From Candidatus Heimdallarchaeum endolithica (lineage in GTDB: Archaea; Asgardarchaeota; Heimdallarchaeia; Heimdallarchaeales; Heimdallarchaeaceae), in assembly GCA_021513715.1 (NCBI GenBank), contig CP084167.1, forward strand, positions 2,912,001-2,976,000: a stretch of 64,000 nucleotides of DNA, in the 5' to 3' direction. Shown here piece by piece: positions 31,152 to 42,149 of this stretch (position 1 is the first letter of the stretch; every line of letters starts with the position of its first letter). A program made the translations under genes and the position numbers. The notes under the pieces were generated by a model. It was given only the letters and a program-made list of their open reading frames with translations. It was not told where the DNA came from and did not search any database.

Positions 31152-31652
31152 ATGTCTCTGAGTAACATGCAATTGAAAAAGAAATTGTTATTATTAATTA
31201 TTGGTTTCGTAATATTTAGTTCTTTAGTGAGAGCGCTTCCTCAAGATGATTCAGTTTCAACTAACTCTACAGATAATTTGTTGAGACTATCACTTTATGA
31301 TGCTTCTTATAACGATTTTGATGATGATGGAAGAATGGATGATGTTGAATGTTTTCTTGATATCATGATTTCAGATGACTTGAACAGGAAAAATTTTATC
31401 TGTGATATATCAATTTATCTGCCTAATGGAGATAGTTATGAATATAGTATTTTAGTATCTATGAAATATGATAGCATAACACTCAGAATCGTTTTCATGA
31501 ATCATGCATATGTTTCTGGAGATTATAGAATCAAAGTGGAAATAAATTTATTTACATCTGGTTTCTACTATGATGAAACAGAGATAGTTTTTGATCCACC
31601 AAGTGAAGAAATTCCTGATGATGAACCATTTATAACTTACTCCACAGTATAA
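31152..31652 (+). CDS. Secreted acidic hypothetical protein
   Basis: Signal peptide; DFDDDGRMDD Ca-loop-like motif; beta-rich. Confidence 0.6.
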   Translation: MSLSNMQLKKKLLLLIIGFVIFSSLVRALPQDDSVSTNSTDNLLRLSLYDASYNDFDDDGRMDDVECFLDIMISDDLNRKNFICDISIYLPNGDSYEYSILVSMKYDSITLRIVFMNHAYVSGDYRIKVEINLFTSGFYYDETEIVFDPPSEEIPDDEPFITYSTV

Positions 31653-31703
31653 TTATAATTTAAAGAATATATTTTAAAAAATTCTGAAAGCAGTTGCTAG
31701 AGG

Positions 31704-32828
31704 GTGCCTATTGGATTGATTACAAAAACAGACTACCAATTACTAATCTTATTGCAATCTAAGCCTACAATTAGCTATTCTGATATTGCACGCATTTTTA
31801 ATATAAGTTCAGCAACTGCAAAAAGAAAAATTGTTGAATTAAGAAATAAAGGGTTATATTCTGGTAAGTATGCACAATTTTATCCTACAGCTTTAGGGCT
31901 GAATAAATTTATAGTGGTTTCTTTTGTTAAGAGTATTAAGCAAATTTTAATGCTTGAAAAAGCTCTACGAGAACACCCTTATACAATTCACAGATCAAGG
32001 ATTTATTCGCCTAAACTAGGTATCTACTCTGAATTTAATTTTCCAATGGAGAATACAAGTTTTTTAGAAGAGTTTTTTGACAATCTAAAAAATGAAAAGG
32101 TGATTGACTCTTTCACCATTTTTGAATCAACCCATATTGAGAAAACGTTACCATTAAATCTCAATAAAGTTAGTTTAGATACTCTTAGTTGGGAATATGA
32201 TTGGAATACCTTAAAAGAATCCTTAGACAAAACAGAAAAAGCTGTTATTCCTGTTCCTCCCCGAAATATGCTTAAATCTATGAAAGAACTTGATTTTAAG
32301 ATCTTAAGCATTCTTACCGTTAATGCAGATTATTCTCAGAGAGAGATAAGTCGGATGTTAAAAAGAGATAGAACTGAAGTTTGGAGGAGATTCAAGTTTC
32401 TTGAAGAGAATATTATATCTGGATATCGTTCCAAAATTAATCGTCAAAAATTTAACATCACAAGCAATAAAATCATTTTCTTAAGGTTTGAAGATGAGTT
32501 GGAACTCTGGCAATATTTTTCTCTTCTTTCTGACGAACAACTGCGCCCTCCTTTTCGATATAGAATAGAAATATTAAAAGAAAAAAATTCTACAAAAAAA
32601 ATCTTTCAAATTTATATTTCACTTCCTCAAAATCATGAAGCACAGCTATTCTACTTTATTGCAGATAATACGGATTTTGAGAGTTATAATATTGATACAG
32701 TAGGTGCGCATGGTGTAAGATATTCCTTTTATGAACCTAATTTTGATTATAATAGTTGGAAATGGAAAATAAACAGGAAATATGTTGTGACTGACACTAT
32801 TAGAAATGTTATATCTAAAAAAATCTGA
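31704..32828 (+). CDS. Tandem Lrp/AsnC-type winged-helix transcriptional regulator
   Basis: Two HTH motifs (SYSDIARIFNISSATAKRKI; SQREISRMLKRDRTEVWRRF). Confidence 0.75.
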   Translation: MPIGLITKTDYQLLILLQSKPTISYSDIARIFNISSATAKRKIVELRNKGLYSGKYAQFYPTALGLNKFIVVSFVKSIKQILMLEKALREHPYTIHRSRIYSPKLGIYSEFNFPMENTSFLEEFFDNLKNEKVIDSFTIFESTHIEKTLPLNLNKVSLDTLSWEYDWNTLKESLDKTEKAVIPVPPRNMLKSMKELDFKILSILTVNADYSQREISRMLKRDRTEVWRRFKFLEENIISGYRSKINRQKFNITSNKIIFLRFEDELELWQYFSLLSDEQLRPPFRYRIEILKEKNSTKKIFQIYISLPQNHEAQLFYFIADNTDFESYNIDTVGAHGVRYSFYEPNFDYNSWKWKINRKYVVTDTIRNVISKKI

Positions 32829-32957
32829 TTTAATTTCTGAATTATCAACTAAAGCTAAAACATTGAAAAATATTTCTAATTTTTCTATTTATGTTATAAA
32901 GTCTTAAAGAAATATATTTAAAGAAATTAGATTGTCTTTGAATAAGAGGAAAGAAAA

Positions 32958-34268
32958 ATGAATATAATGAATGACATTAATGATTCTGACTCTATAGTAG
33001 CTGATGCAATTTTAAAAGAACTAAAGCGCCAAGAGGAAGGAATTGAACTTATTCCTTCTGAGAATTATACATCACGAGCTGTGTTGCAAGCAGTTGGAAG
33101 CGTATTTACTAATAAATACTCTGAAGGTTACCCTAAAAAGAGATACTATGGTGGAAATGAAATTGTGGATGAAGTTGAGCAGATAGCCATTGACAGAGCA
33201 AAAGAGCTATTTGGTTGTGAGCATGTTAATGTACAACCTTATTCTGGTTCTCCGGCAAATCAAGCAGTATTTTTTGCTCTTTTAGAGTTGGGTGATAAGT
33301 TTTTAGGCTTAAATCTCACATCTGGAGGACACCTTACTCACGGAAGCCATGTGAATTTCTCTGGTAAAAACTATACTTGCGTGAGCTATGATGTCGATAA
33401 AGAAACAGAAATGTTAGATATGGACTCAATTAGAAAATTAGCAATAGAAGAGAAACCCAAAATGATCATTTCTGGATTAACTGCTTATCCACGAGAAATT
33501 GATTTTAAAGCTTTTCAGGAGATTGCTGAAGAAGTAGACGCTTATCACTTTGCAGATATCTCTCATATTGCAGGATTAGTAGCTGGAGGGGTTCATCCAA
33601 GTCCTGTTCCACATGCTGATGTAGTAACAACAACAACTCATAAAAGCTTAAGAGGTCCTAGAGGAGCTATTATAATGACAAAAATTGAAGATAGGTTACA
33701 TGACAAATATCACCCAAATACGAAGAAAAACCTTGCTCAACTGATCGATTCTGCTGTTTTTCCTGGTCTCCAAGGAGGTCCTCATGACAATACAACAGCA
33801 GCAAAAGCAGTAGCTTTAGGAGAAGCACTCAAACCAGAGTTTAAGGATTATGCTCTGCAAATTGTTAAAAATGCTAAAGCTTTAGCTGATGAGCTAATGT
33901 CACTTGGAATTAAGTTAGTTACAAATGGAACAGACAATCATTTGATTTTAATTGATCTCCGTCCAGAAGGATTAACTGGTAAAGGTAAACTTATTCAAAA
34001 CGCACTTGATGCAGCAGGTATAACAGTGAACAAGAACACAGTCCCCTATGAACCTTCTACACCATTCAATCCATCAGGAATAAGATTAGGAACTCCAGCA
34101 ATAACAACAAGAGGAATGAAAGAATCAGAGATGAAAGTTATTGCAGAAGGTTTAGCTAAAGTCATAAAAGCTAAAGGAGACCCAGAGGTTAGTGCTAAAG
34201 TGAAACAAGATATTTTAGAACTTACCAAACAGTTTCCATTATATCCTGGATTGAATATTCTAAAGTAA
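32958..34268 (+). CDS. glyA: Serine hydroxymethyltransferase
   Basis: LIPSEN, NKYSEGYP, GGHLTHG, TTTHKSLRGPRG, FPGLQGGP. Confidence 0.97.
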   Translation: MNIMNDINDSDSIVADAILKELKRQEEGIELIPSENYTSRAVLQAVGSVFTNKYSEGYPKKRYYGGNEIVDEVEQIAIDRAKELFGCEHVNVQPYSGSPANQAVFFALLELGDKFLGLNLTSGGHLTHGSHVNFSGKNYTCVSYDVDKETEMLDMDSIRKLAIEEKPKMIISGLTAYPREIDFKAFQEIAEEVDAYHFADISHIAGLVAGGVHPSPVPHADVVTTTTHKSLRGPRGAIIMTKIEDRLHDKYHPNTKKNLAQLIDSAVFPGLQGGPHDNTTAAKAVALGEALKPEFKDYALQIVKNAKALADELMSLGIKLVTNGTDNHLILIDLRPEGLTGKGKLIQNALDAAGITVNKNTVPYEPSTPFNPSGIRLGTPAITTRGMKESEMKVIAEGLAKVIKAKGDPEVSAKVKQDILELTKQFPLYPGLNILK

Positions 34269-34313
34269 ATATCCATTCTTTTCTTTTCTTTTCATTTTTT
34301 AGAAATATAAGAA

Positions 34314-34487
34314 TTAAGTTCTTTTTCCAGAAAGATTTAATTTATAGGTTCGAACTGTTTTGGGTTGAATAATTTTGCCAGTTGGAGTTATAAAAGATAA
34401 TGCATCGAAGGGACATTGAACAATACAAGCTCCACATCTTATACAATCTCTTGAGTTAATTATTTCTATTTTTTTTGGTTTAAGCAT
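34314..34487 (-). pseudogene. 4Fe-4S ferredoxin fragment
   Basis: One CxxCxxCxxxCP motif (CIRCGACIVQCP); the N-terminal half appears missing. Confidence 0.55.
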
Positions 34488-34531
34488 ATAGAAATAAGAT
34501 AAAAATAAAAATGGAGCATAACTAACATTTA

Positions 34532-34996
34532 CTAGTACTCTGGAGTGGCATCTTCCCAAAGAAAGTCCCACATTTCAGAGGTGTACAAAGTTTTTTTCTC
34601 AATTATAACCCGCATAAGTCTTTTCAGAAGAGCATGATGTCTGATTTCATCTTGAAAAATTGCTCTAATTACAAATCTCTCTTTTTCACTTTCAAGTTTC
34701 TCAAGTAGTTCTTTGTAAGTTTCAATGGCAGATGATTCAAGATCGATGTGTTCCTGAATTACTTTACCAATAATATCAGATTGTTTCTCTCCAATAAAAG
34801 GAGATGTTTCACTAACTAATGTAATTAAAGCATTTAGCATACTTTTATGTTTCTGAGAATCTATTGCAATTGATAAAATAAGTTCTTTTACTAAACTATT
34901 TTCTATTTCTTCTACAGATTCCTTTGCTTTTTTTATTATTTGTTCCTCGAGATCTATTTGTTTTTTATAAAAGTCTAGTTTTTCATCTTGATTCAT
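34532..34996 (-). CDS. Ferritin-like (rubrerythrin-type) domain protein
   Basis: Duplicated helical motif E...DSQKH / E...DEIRH. Confidence 0.75.
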   Translation of the reverse strand: MNQDEKLDFYKKQIDLEEQIIKKAKESVEEIENSLVKELILSIAIDSQKHKSMLNALITLVSETSPFIGEKQSDIIGKVIQEHIDLESSAIETYKELLEKLESEKERFVIRAIFQDEIRHHALLKRLMRVIIEKKTLYTSEMWDFLWEDATPEY

Positions 34997-35139
34997 TATT
35001 ATCAATTGTACATAAAAGTTATTTTTATACAAGAACTTTTTTATCGGAAATCCTTGATTTTGTTATAGACAATAGAATAACACTTCAAGCGAATAGTTTT
35101 TAAATTAACATCAAACTCGAGAAATAAGTGAGATAGATA

Positions 35140-35418
35140 ATGTCCTCAGAAAAAAGAGTAGTTAGAAAGAAGAAGAAATTTGGTCTAGTCCTTGAGTTTG
35201 TACCAGTAGTTAGAGATCTATTTCCTGATGACGAAGTAAAAGAAAAAATACAAGGAGAAATAAAAAGAGCAAATGGGCTTACTCCTCAATTTCTTGCAGA
35301 AAAATATAATGTACGAATTAGTACAATCAAAAAAATGCTCAAAAAAGCAGAAGAAAATGGTATTGTGGAATGTGTTGCAAGCAATAAACGTACAAAAGTT
35401 TATCAAGCAAAGCAATAG
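35140..35418 (+). CDS. rps25e: 30S ribosomal protein S25e
   Basis: Small basic wHTH: TPQFLAEKYNVRISTIKKML...KVY. Confidence 0.8.
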   Translation: MSSEKRVVRKKKKFGLVLEFVPVVRDLFPDDEVKEKIQGEIKRANGLTPQFLAEKYNVRISTIKKMLKKAEENGIVECVASNKRTKVYQAKQ

Positions 35419-35485
35419 TAATAAGTCTATTTTTAACTATTTTTATCATTTAATGCTATTTTTTAGAATTTTAAAAAATAATTTA

Positions 35486-36460
35486 TTAATAAAATTCAAG
35501 ACTAGCTGGTGATGTGTCAGATATCCCTTGCTCTGTGACATAAAAGAGAATTTCTCGATCTGGAAAACGAGAACTATCGAATAATCTAGCTATTCTTGCA
35601 CTTCCTCTACTTTTTCTAAGAAAAATCCTTTGTTGTGGGCGATGAGCCCAAGCAAAACCTAAAGCAGGTTCTTCTCCGCTACCATAGAGAAATTGATCAA
35701 TTGCTGCAATAATTTGATTAGTAACAACAATAGCAACGTCATGATCTACAGCTATTTCTACAAGTTTTTCAGCTAAATTCATGATTTTTTGTTGTCTTTC
35801 CACTAGCCTATTTTTCCCAATGAACTCTGCGCGAAAATGTGCTGCTAGAGAGTCTATGATTACCAGTTTAATATTTTCTTCTGGTATAATTTTTTCTAGT
35901 TGATTAATGTACGCAAGCATTATATCGGTGTTAGACGTAGGTGCTACTAGTATGTTGTCTAAAACTTTTTTTGTATTCTTTATCCTGAAAGAAGCAATTT
36001 CTTCTATTCTTTGAGGAGAAAAAGTTCTCTCTGTATCTATAAAGAATGCTTTTCCCTCCAGTCCACCAAGATCTTTGGGTAGCTGTACATTAATACATAA
36101 TTGAAAGCAAAGTTGAGTTTTACCACTGCTGAAAGAACCAACTAATTCTGTTATTTCTCCTGTCCAAATACCACCATTAAGCATACTGTCAAATTCTTCT
36201 GAACCTGTAGTAATTCGTCCTCTCCTACGTTCAATTTCCAAAAACTCTGCTGCAGTATAAGGATGAATACCTAACTGTTCTTGTGCTTTTTGTATAATTA
36301 AAGCTGCGAGTTCTTCTTCTATTTCTAAATCTTCAGCAAGTTCTTTTTCACTCATAAGAGATAATTGTCCCAAAGAATAATCTTTTTGTTCCAATTTTTT
36401 TAATAGTTCTTTCTCAATTCCTTCAAGTTGAATCATAGTTGTCTGTTCAACAATGAACAT
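35486..36460 (-). CDS. RadA/Rad51-family recombinase paralog
   Basis: ITTGS, GSFSSGKTQ (variant Walker A), FIDTERTF, IIDSL, VTNQ, RIARLFDS; N-terminal helical domain. Confidence 0.88.
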   Translation of the reverse strand: MFIVEQTTMIQLEGIEKELLKKLEQKDYSLGQLSLMSEKELAEDLEIEEELAALIIQKAQEQLGIHPYTAAEFLEIERRRGRITTGSEEFDSMLNGGIWTGEITELVGSFSSGKTQLCFQLCINVQLPKDLGGLEGKAFFIDTERTFSPQRIEEIASFRIKNTKKVLDNILVAPTSNTDIMLAYINQLEKIIPEENIKLVIIDSLAAHFRAEFIGKNRLVERQQKIMNLAEKLVEIAVDHDVAIVVTNQIIAAIDQFLYGSGEEPALGFAWAHRPQQRIFLRKSRGSARIARLFDSSRFPDREILFYVTEQGISDTSPASLEFY

Positions 36461-36568
36461 TTAAATATATAAAACTATTACCAAAAAAAAGGAAAAAGTA
36501 TAATAGAACTGATACTACACAAGTGTGTTATCAATTCTAAATTCCTCTATTGTCTTTTTGATAATGAC

Positions 36569-37822
36569 TTAATCGTTTTTTTCATTTAGCTTATATTTAT
36601 CAACATCATTAATCAGAAGCGAAATAACAAAACCAATAGCAAACAATGATGCAATAATTATATAATTAACAAATAGGGAGGGAATAAACATTACACAAAG
36701 TATCAATGCAATTCCACTTATTTGTCCAGCCCACATCATCCATCCATTTGAAACTTCCTCTGGAAGTGGATAAGTAATCTCAGCAGCAAAAGTCAAAGCT
36801 ACAGGTAAAGCAGCAACAAGAAAGAAACCTAAAATTGTTGCTTCTATCAACCTTTCTACATAACTGTCAAAGAAGTACATGAATAAAATAAGTATGGTAC
36901 CAACAAACATTGCAATAATCAAAAAGATTTTTCTCTTGTGAAATTTGTCTGAAAGTGTACTTAATATTACAGCTCCAATAATCCCTCCAATAATCATTGC
37001 TCCTCCAATATTTCCTGCAGCAGAAATGTTTGTAGGGTCATTGAATAGTATGTCAATCTCAGTACTGATTGCATTGAATATTCCTAAGCCTATTAAAACT
37101 AAACCAAAAAGCATTATTAGATCTCTGTTCTTGAAACTCTCTTTTTTGGAAACTGTGATTTTCTCATCTTTAATACTATATAGATTAGGAGGGAGATTAG
37201 GTTTTTCTCTTATAGTAACAAAATATAAAACAGCTAAAACCAATGAAAGAACACCATAAGTAAGTAAGAGCCCTTCTAGTGAAATAGTAGTATATAGAAC
37301 AGGGGTTAACATAAAAGCCAATATTGCACCAAGCAACAGTGTCATTGTGTTTAGTCCTGTAGCTAAAGTCTTTTCTTCCTCAGGAAACCAGTTGACTGAT
37401 AACTTAGTAAAAGAATTCAAAACAAAAGGTTGTCCAATAGCAATAAGAGTTTGAGTAATCATAATCCAAATAAAATTAGTTACAAAAAAACCTCTTAAAA
37501 AAGCAAATAACCCAGTAAGTGCTACACCTATACCTGTTCCAAATCTGAGTCCTAACTTTTCTATGCTACTAGTGGCAACAAAATTAAAAGGAATGTAGGC
37601 AATCATGAACACCATAGATAACATGAGAATCCAATTAGTACTGACTTCATAAATAGTAGCTACTTCAAATGTAATAGGTGTAAAAGTAAGCCAAAGTATT
37701 TGAGTATCTAAAGTCATCAGAGAAAAGACAACAAGTATGATCCACCTATAAGCAGATTTACCTAAAGTAGGGGAATGGCCATCTTGGTGGTCAATTTCAG
37801 AATCATGATGAATATTATCCAT
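36569..37822 (-). CDS. MFS transporter (FLVCR/SLC49-like)
   Basis: YRWIIL, GQPF, WFPEEE, AEITYP motifs; about 12 TM helices. Confidence 0.85.
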   Translation of the reverse strand: MDNIHHDSEIDHQDGHSPTLGKSAYRWIILVVFSLMTLDTQILWLTFTPITFEVATIYEVSTNWILMLSMVFMIAYIPFNFVATSSIEKLGLRFGTGIGVALTGLFAFLRGFFVTNFIWIMITQTLIAIGQPFVLNSFTKLSVNWFPEEEKTLATGLNTMTLLLGAILAFMLTPVLYTTISLEGLLLTYGVLSLVLAVLYFVTIREKPNLPPNLYSIKDEKITVSKKESFKNRDLIMLFGLVLIGLGIFNAISTEIDILFNDPTNISAAGNIGGAMIIGGIIGAVILSTLSDKFHKRKIFLIIAMFVGTILILFMYFFDSYVERLIEATILGFFLVAALPVALTFAAEITYPLPEEVSNGWMMWAGQISGIALILCVMFIPSLFVNYIIIASLFAIGFVISLLINDVDKYKLNEKND

Positions 37823-38037
37823 TTGATGGAAAAAAATGTACTTGTATAAATAATTAATTGTAAAAGGTTATTGTAATTTTTTATAATTAGCACTTCACAA
37901 TGTTTCAATTTAAGATTTAGTTATTTTAAACAATTCTCCCACCATTTCAAAATAATGACTTTCTGCTAAAAAATAATAATTCTACTCAAAGAAAGGAAAA
38001 TATCAATTTTAAAAAATATTCTTAAATAAATATATTA

Positions 38038-39047
38038 TGTATACTCAACTCACATTGGTAACAAATAAATAGAAGTGGGTTACGTGGGTAAGTGATATAT
38101 TATGAACAAAAACGAACGTAACCTGGAGAAACTAAGAAAGATTGTGGTTAAAAAAGCTTTGGAAGGAGAGAAGATAAAAGAGGTAGCTCACAAGTATATG
38201 GTGAGTAGGAAGTTTGTGTATAAGTGGTTGAAGAGGTTCAGAGAGAACCCTGAAGGAGTATGGTGGAAAGATAGATCTTCCAGACCAAAAACTATACACA
38301 GGAAAGTAGATGAGGAGTTAAAAGAGAGGATAAGGGAGTTAAGAATAAAACAAGGAATGAATGTGGAGAAGATAGCTTATTTGTTGAAGAGAGAAGGAAA
38401 AGCACTCTCTCAGACGACAGTGACGAAAGTAATAAAAGAGTTAGGTCTTCCTTTATGGGTTAATAGAAAAAAGAGGAAAAGACCTCGATACAAGAGTTTT
38501 GAACGTCAAAAACCTAACGAACTCTGGCAAATAGATGTGAAAGGACCATTCTGGGTAGAAGAACAGGGACAACATCTCCACCTCATAACCTTGATAGACG
38601 ACCACTCACGATTCTGTCTGGGAGCTGAATTCCACCCTTTTGCACCAAAAAAAGAGCAGATAATAAGTTTGCTAGAGGAAGCAATAAAAGAGTACGGTTA
38701 CCCCGAGTCTATACTTACTGACAATGGAGCACTCTTCTCTTCCGTTAGAGGAGGAACAAGTACCTTCTCCCGTTGGTGTCAAACAGAAGGAATAAAGCAC
38801 ATCAGAGCTAGAGTTTTTCACCCTGAAACATGTGGAAAAGTAGAAAGACTACATGGGACAATCATCCGTGAGATGGAAAGATTAGGTCTAAAATACTGCA
38901 ACCCCGACCTCTCCTACTATCGCTCTTACTACAATTTTAGTCGTCCTCACCAATCTCTTAACTTCCTCACCCCAGGAGAAAGATTTATGAATCACCCCTA
39001 TGTTTCTCTAGTACCCAAAAGTGTAACCCAAGTCTATTGAGTAAACA
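38038..39047 (+). mobile_element. IS481-family insertion sequence
   Basis: Imperfect 26-bp TIRs TGT...ACA; flanked by 16-bp direct repeat TTAAATAAATATATTA. Confidence 0.92.
38102..39040 (+). CDS. IS481-family DDE transposase
   Basis: HTH, WQID, IDDHSR, TDNG, GKVER, YNFSRPHQSL. Confidence 0.93.
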   Translation: MNKNERNLEKLRKIVVKKALEGEKIKEVAHKYMVSRKFVYKWLKRFRENPEGVWWKDRSSRPKTIHRKVDEELKERIRELRIKQGMNVEKIAYLLKREGKALSQTTVTKVIKELGLPLWVNRKKRKRPRYKSFERQKPNELWQIDVKGPFWVEEQGQHLHLITLIDDHSRFCLGAEFHPFAPKKEQIISLLEEAIKEYGYPESILTDNGALFSSVRGGTSTFSRWCQTEGIKHIRARVFHPETCGKVERLHGTIIREMERLGLKYCNPDLSYYRSYYNFSRPHQSLNFLTPGERFMNHPYVSLVPKSVTQVY

Positions 39048-39067
39048 TTAAATAAATATATTAAAAA

Positions 39068-39322
39068 ATGTTTATATATAAAGAATGTAATACGCTTCTG
39101 AGAAAAATGAGTTACGATATAAAAAAAGATTACGTAACGCCAAAAAAAATCGAAAATGAACTAAAAGCGATACTTTACGATATGCAAAGTAAAAATACTG
39201 CTGTTATAGAAGATGCTTGTTATAAATGGGTTAAAATAGAAGAAAAATTTGCTAATTATATTTCTGAAGAAAAAAGAAAAGAATTAGCAAAAAGAATAAG
39301 AAAACTTAAACATTATAGCTAA
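39068..39322 (+). CDS. Small hypothetical protein
   Basis: Helical, charged ORF; no recognisable motif. Confidence 0.4.
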   Translation: MFIYKECNTLLRKMSYDIKKDYVTPKKIENELKAILYDMQSKNTAVIEDACYKWVKIEEKFANYISEEKRKELAKRIRKLKHYS

Positions 39323-39602
39323 AAAATACTTCATAATTGATACAAAAATAGATTTAAATTGGAAGATTAATTTTATAGTTTTATTCTTTTTACAGACTTA
39401 AAACTATTTTTTTATCAAAAGTTGACTGACAGTAAATTTTATATATCAGTCTAAGTCGAATTTTTACGGAAATTGTTTCTCATGCTAAAAAAGACAAATA
39501 AAAAAGATAGTTAAAATCACTTGGTAAATAGGAAGCAACAAATAACGATTGAATATAAAAAACCAAGATTAATGAGAAATAAAATAAAAAAAGGTGAATG
39601 AA

Positions 39603-41219
39603 ATGTACGGACAACCAATATATATTTTGAAAGAAGGAACAGAAAGAACAACAGGAAAAGATGCACAAAGAAATAATATTTCAGCTGCTAAAGCAGTAGC
39701 AGAAGCAGTAAGAACAGCTCTTGGACCAAAAGGAATGGACAAAATGCTTGTAGATGGATTTAGTGATGCAACTGTAACAAACGATGGAGTAACCATTCTT
39801 AAAGAGATCGAAGTTCAGCATCCTGCTGCAAAATTTGTTATCGATCTAGCTAAGACTCAAGACCAAGAGACTGGAGACGGTACCACTTCTGTTGTAGTTA
39901 TTGCTGGAGAGCTTCTTAAACAAGCTGAAGAGCTTTTAGATATTAATATTCATCCAAGTTTAATTATTGAAGGTTACAAACTTGCAATGGAAGAAGTAAG
40001 GAACATTCTTGAAAAAATAGCTATTCCTGTTCCATTTGATGATGCTGAAATGATGAAGAATATTTCTATGACTTCCATGAGCAGTAAAATTATCGCTAGT
40101 GAGAAAGAATTTATGTCTGATATTGTTGTTGAAGCCGTTAGATCAGTTACAGAGGATCGTGATGGTAAAAAAATTGCAGATATTGATAATATATTGATAC
40201 AAAAGAAACGTGGAGGAAGCATAAGAGATACAGAACTAATCAAAGGATTATTGATTGACAAAGAATTTGTTCATCCAGATATGCCCAAAAAGGTAACTGA
40301 TGCGAAGATTCTTCTTTTAGACAAAGGACTAGAGCTTTCAAAGACAGAAATTGATGCTAAATTACAAATTAGCACTCCTGATCAAGTACAAGCATTTCTA
40401 GACAATGAACATCAAATGCTCAAAGAAATGGCAGAAAAGATAATCGCTTCTGGAGCTAATGTTGTACTCTGTCAGAAAGGAATTGATGATATTATTCAGC
40501 ATTATCTTGCAAAAGCTGGTATATCTGCAGTTCGACGAATTAAGAAATCTGACATGAAGAAACTAGCACGAGCTACTGGAGCTAAGATTACAACCAGCCT
40601 AGAAGATTTATCCAATTATCTTGGAACTGCTGGTTTAGTCGAAGAAGTTGCTATTGGAGACGACCATATGATTAAAATTACAGACTGCAAAGATCCAAAA
40701 GCTGTTTCGATTCTCATTCGTGGTGGAACAGAAATGGTTGTTAATGAGGCTGAACGAGCTATTCATGATGCTTTATGCGTAGTCCGACAGATCATTCACG
40801 ATGAAAAAGCTGTTGCTGGTGGTGGAGCTCCTGAAATTGAAATTGCTTATCGGTTAGCTGAATTTGCTAAAGGACAACCAAGTAAAATACAAAAGGCTGT
40901 TGAACAATTTGCTAAAGCTATGGAAATTATCCCTAGAACCCTCGCTGAAAATGCAGGATTAGACCCAATTGATATTCTCAGCGATTTGTATAGTAAACAT
41001 TCTAAGAATGGTACAACTTTTGGTGTTGATCCCTTCAGTGGCTCTGTTGCTGATATGAAAAAACTTAATGTTGTTGAACCTATTTCAGTTAAGCAACAAG
41101 CTATTAATAGTGCTTCTGAAGCTGCAATGATGATACTCAGAATTGATGATGTCATTGCTGCAAAAGAACTCAGTGGCGGTCCAAATCCACCTGGTCCAGG
41201 TGGAGAAGACTTCGATTAG
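39603..41219 (+). CDS. Thermosome (group II chaperonin) subunit
   Basis: [37 protein letters not shown] before ATG 39603. Confidence 0.97.
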   Translation: MYGQPIYILKEGTERTTGKDAQRNNISAAKAVAEAVRTALGPKGMDKMLVDGFSDATVTNDGVTILKEIEVQHPAAKFVIDLAKTQDQETGDGTTSVVVIAGELLKQAEELLDINIHPSLIIEGYKLAMEEVRNILEKIAIPVPFDDAEMMKNISMTSMSSKIIASEKEFMSDIVVEAVRSVTEDRDGKKIADIDNILIQKKRGGSIRDTELIKGLLIDKEFVHPDMPKKVTDAKILLLDKGLELSKTEIDAKLQISTPDQVQAFLDNEHQMLKEMAEKIIASGANVVLCQKGIDDIIQHYLAKAGISAVRRIKKSDMKKLARATGAKITTSLEDLSNYLGTAGLVEEVAIGDDHMIKITDCKDPKAVSILIRGGTEMVVNEAERAIHDALCVVRQIIHDEKAVAGGGAPEIEIAYRLAEFAKGQPSKIQKAVEQFAKAMEIIPRTLAENAGLDPIDILSDLYSKHSKNGTTFGVDPFSGSVADMKKLNVVEPISVKQQAINSASEAAMMILRIDDVIAAKELSGGPNPPGPGGEDFD

Positions 41220-41314
41220 TTCTTCTTTCTTTTTCTTTATCATTCTACTTTTGTTTTGTATGCTTTTTATCTTATTATAGAAAACTTCTTTAGCTTTTTC
41301 CATAACTCTAAAAT

Positions 41315-42121
41315 ATGAAAATTAAACGTGCTATAATTGGTGGTTCAGGTGTCTATGAAATATTTGAAGAATCTGAACCTCTTAACGTAAATGCTTTTGG
41401 TCGTAAAGTTACACTCTATAAACTCGAAAGAAATGGAAAAGAAGTCTTTTTTCTACCTCGACATGGTAAAGATCATAGTGTTCCTCCTCACAAAATTGAC
41501 TATTTAGGAAATATTTATGCACTTTATTCTCTTGGAGTTACAGAGATAATAGCTACTAATGCTGTTGGTTCTATTATTCCTGAAGTTAAACCTGGTGAAT
41601 TCGTTCTTCCTGATCAATTTATTGATAACACTCGTAATCGTGTTCTTACATTTTTTAGTGGAGAAAAAATTAATGGTTGGGAACCTAAGATAAAGTTAAG
41701 TGATGGAACTATTCGAGAAGGGGTTGTTCATTTAGATTATACTGAACCTTATTGTCCCCGCCTCAGAAATCTTTTAGGAGAGATAACAGAAAAATTTGGA
41801 GAAAAGGTTCATTATTCAGGTGTTTACGTTTGTTCAGAAGGACCACGTTTTGAAACACCAGCAGAAGTTGAAATGTATCGCCGTTTTGGGGGTACAATTG
41901 CTGGAATGACAACAGTTCCTGAAGTTGTTCTTGCTCGGGAAGCGAACATGTGTTATGCTACAATATGTTTAGTAACTAATTATGGTGCAGGTATGCAGAA
42001 AAAGGTGACACATGAAGAGGTTATTGAGTTGTTTAATGAAAAAACACAAGTTGTAAGAAAAATTATTGAAAATGCTGTTTTTTCTGATGTTGAAAGCCTA
42101 ACTTGCAACTGCAGAGTTTAA
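41315..42121 (+). CDS. MTAP-family purine nucleoside phosphorylase (probably methylthioinosine/6-oxopurine specific)
   Basis: IIGGSG, RHG, GPRFETPAE, GMT; VTNYG has Asn in place of the MTAP Asp. Confidence 0.88.
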   Translation: MKIKRAIIGGSGVYEIFEESEPLNVNAFGRKVTLYKLERNGKEVFFLPRHGKDHSVPPHKIDYLGNIYALYSLGVTEIIATNAVGSIIPEVKPGEFVLPDQFIDNTRNRVLTFFSGEKINGWEPKIKLSDGTIREGVVHLDYTEPYCPRLRNLLGEITEKFGEKVHYSGVYVCSEGPRFETPAEVEMYRRFGGTIAGMTTVPEVVLAREANMCYATICLVTNYGAGMQKKVTHEEVIELFNEKTQVVRKIIENAVFSDVESLTCNCRV

Positions 42122-42149
42122 CTTTCTTTGTTTTCTTTTATTTTTAAAT

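Noticed and set aside
35486-36460. Calling this gene the canonical radA
   Set aside because: Walker A and loop regions deviate from RadA consensus, so it is treated as a paralog without a symbol.
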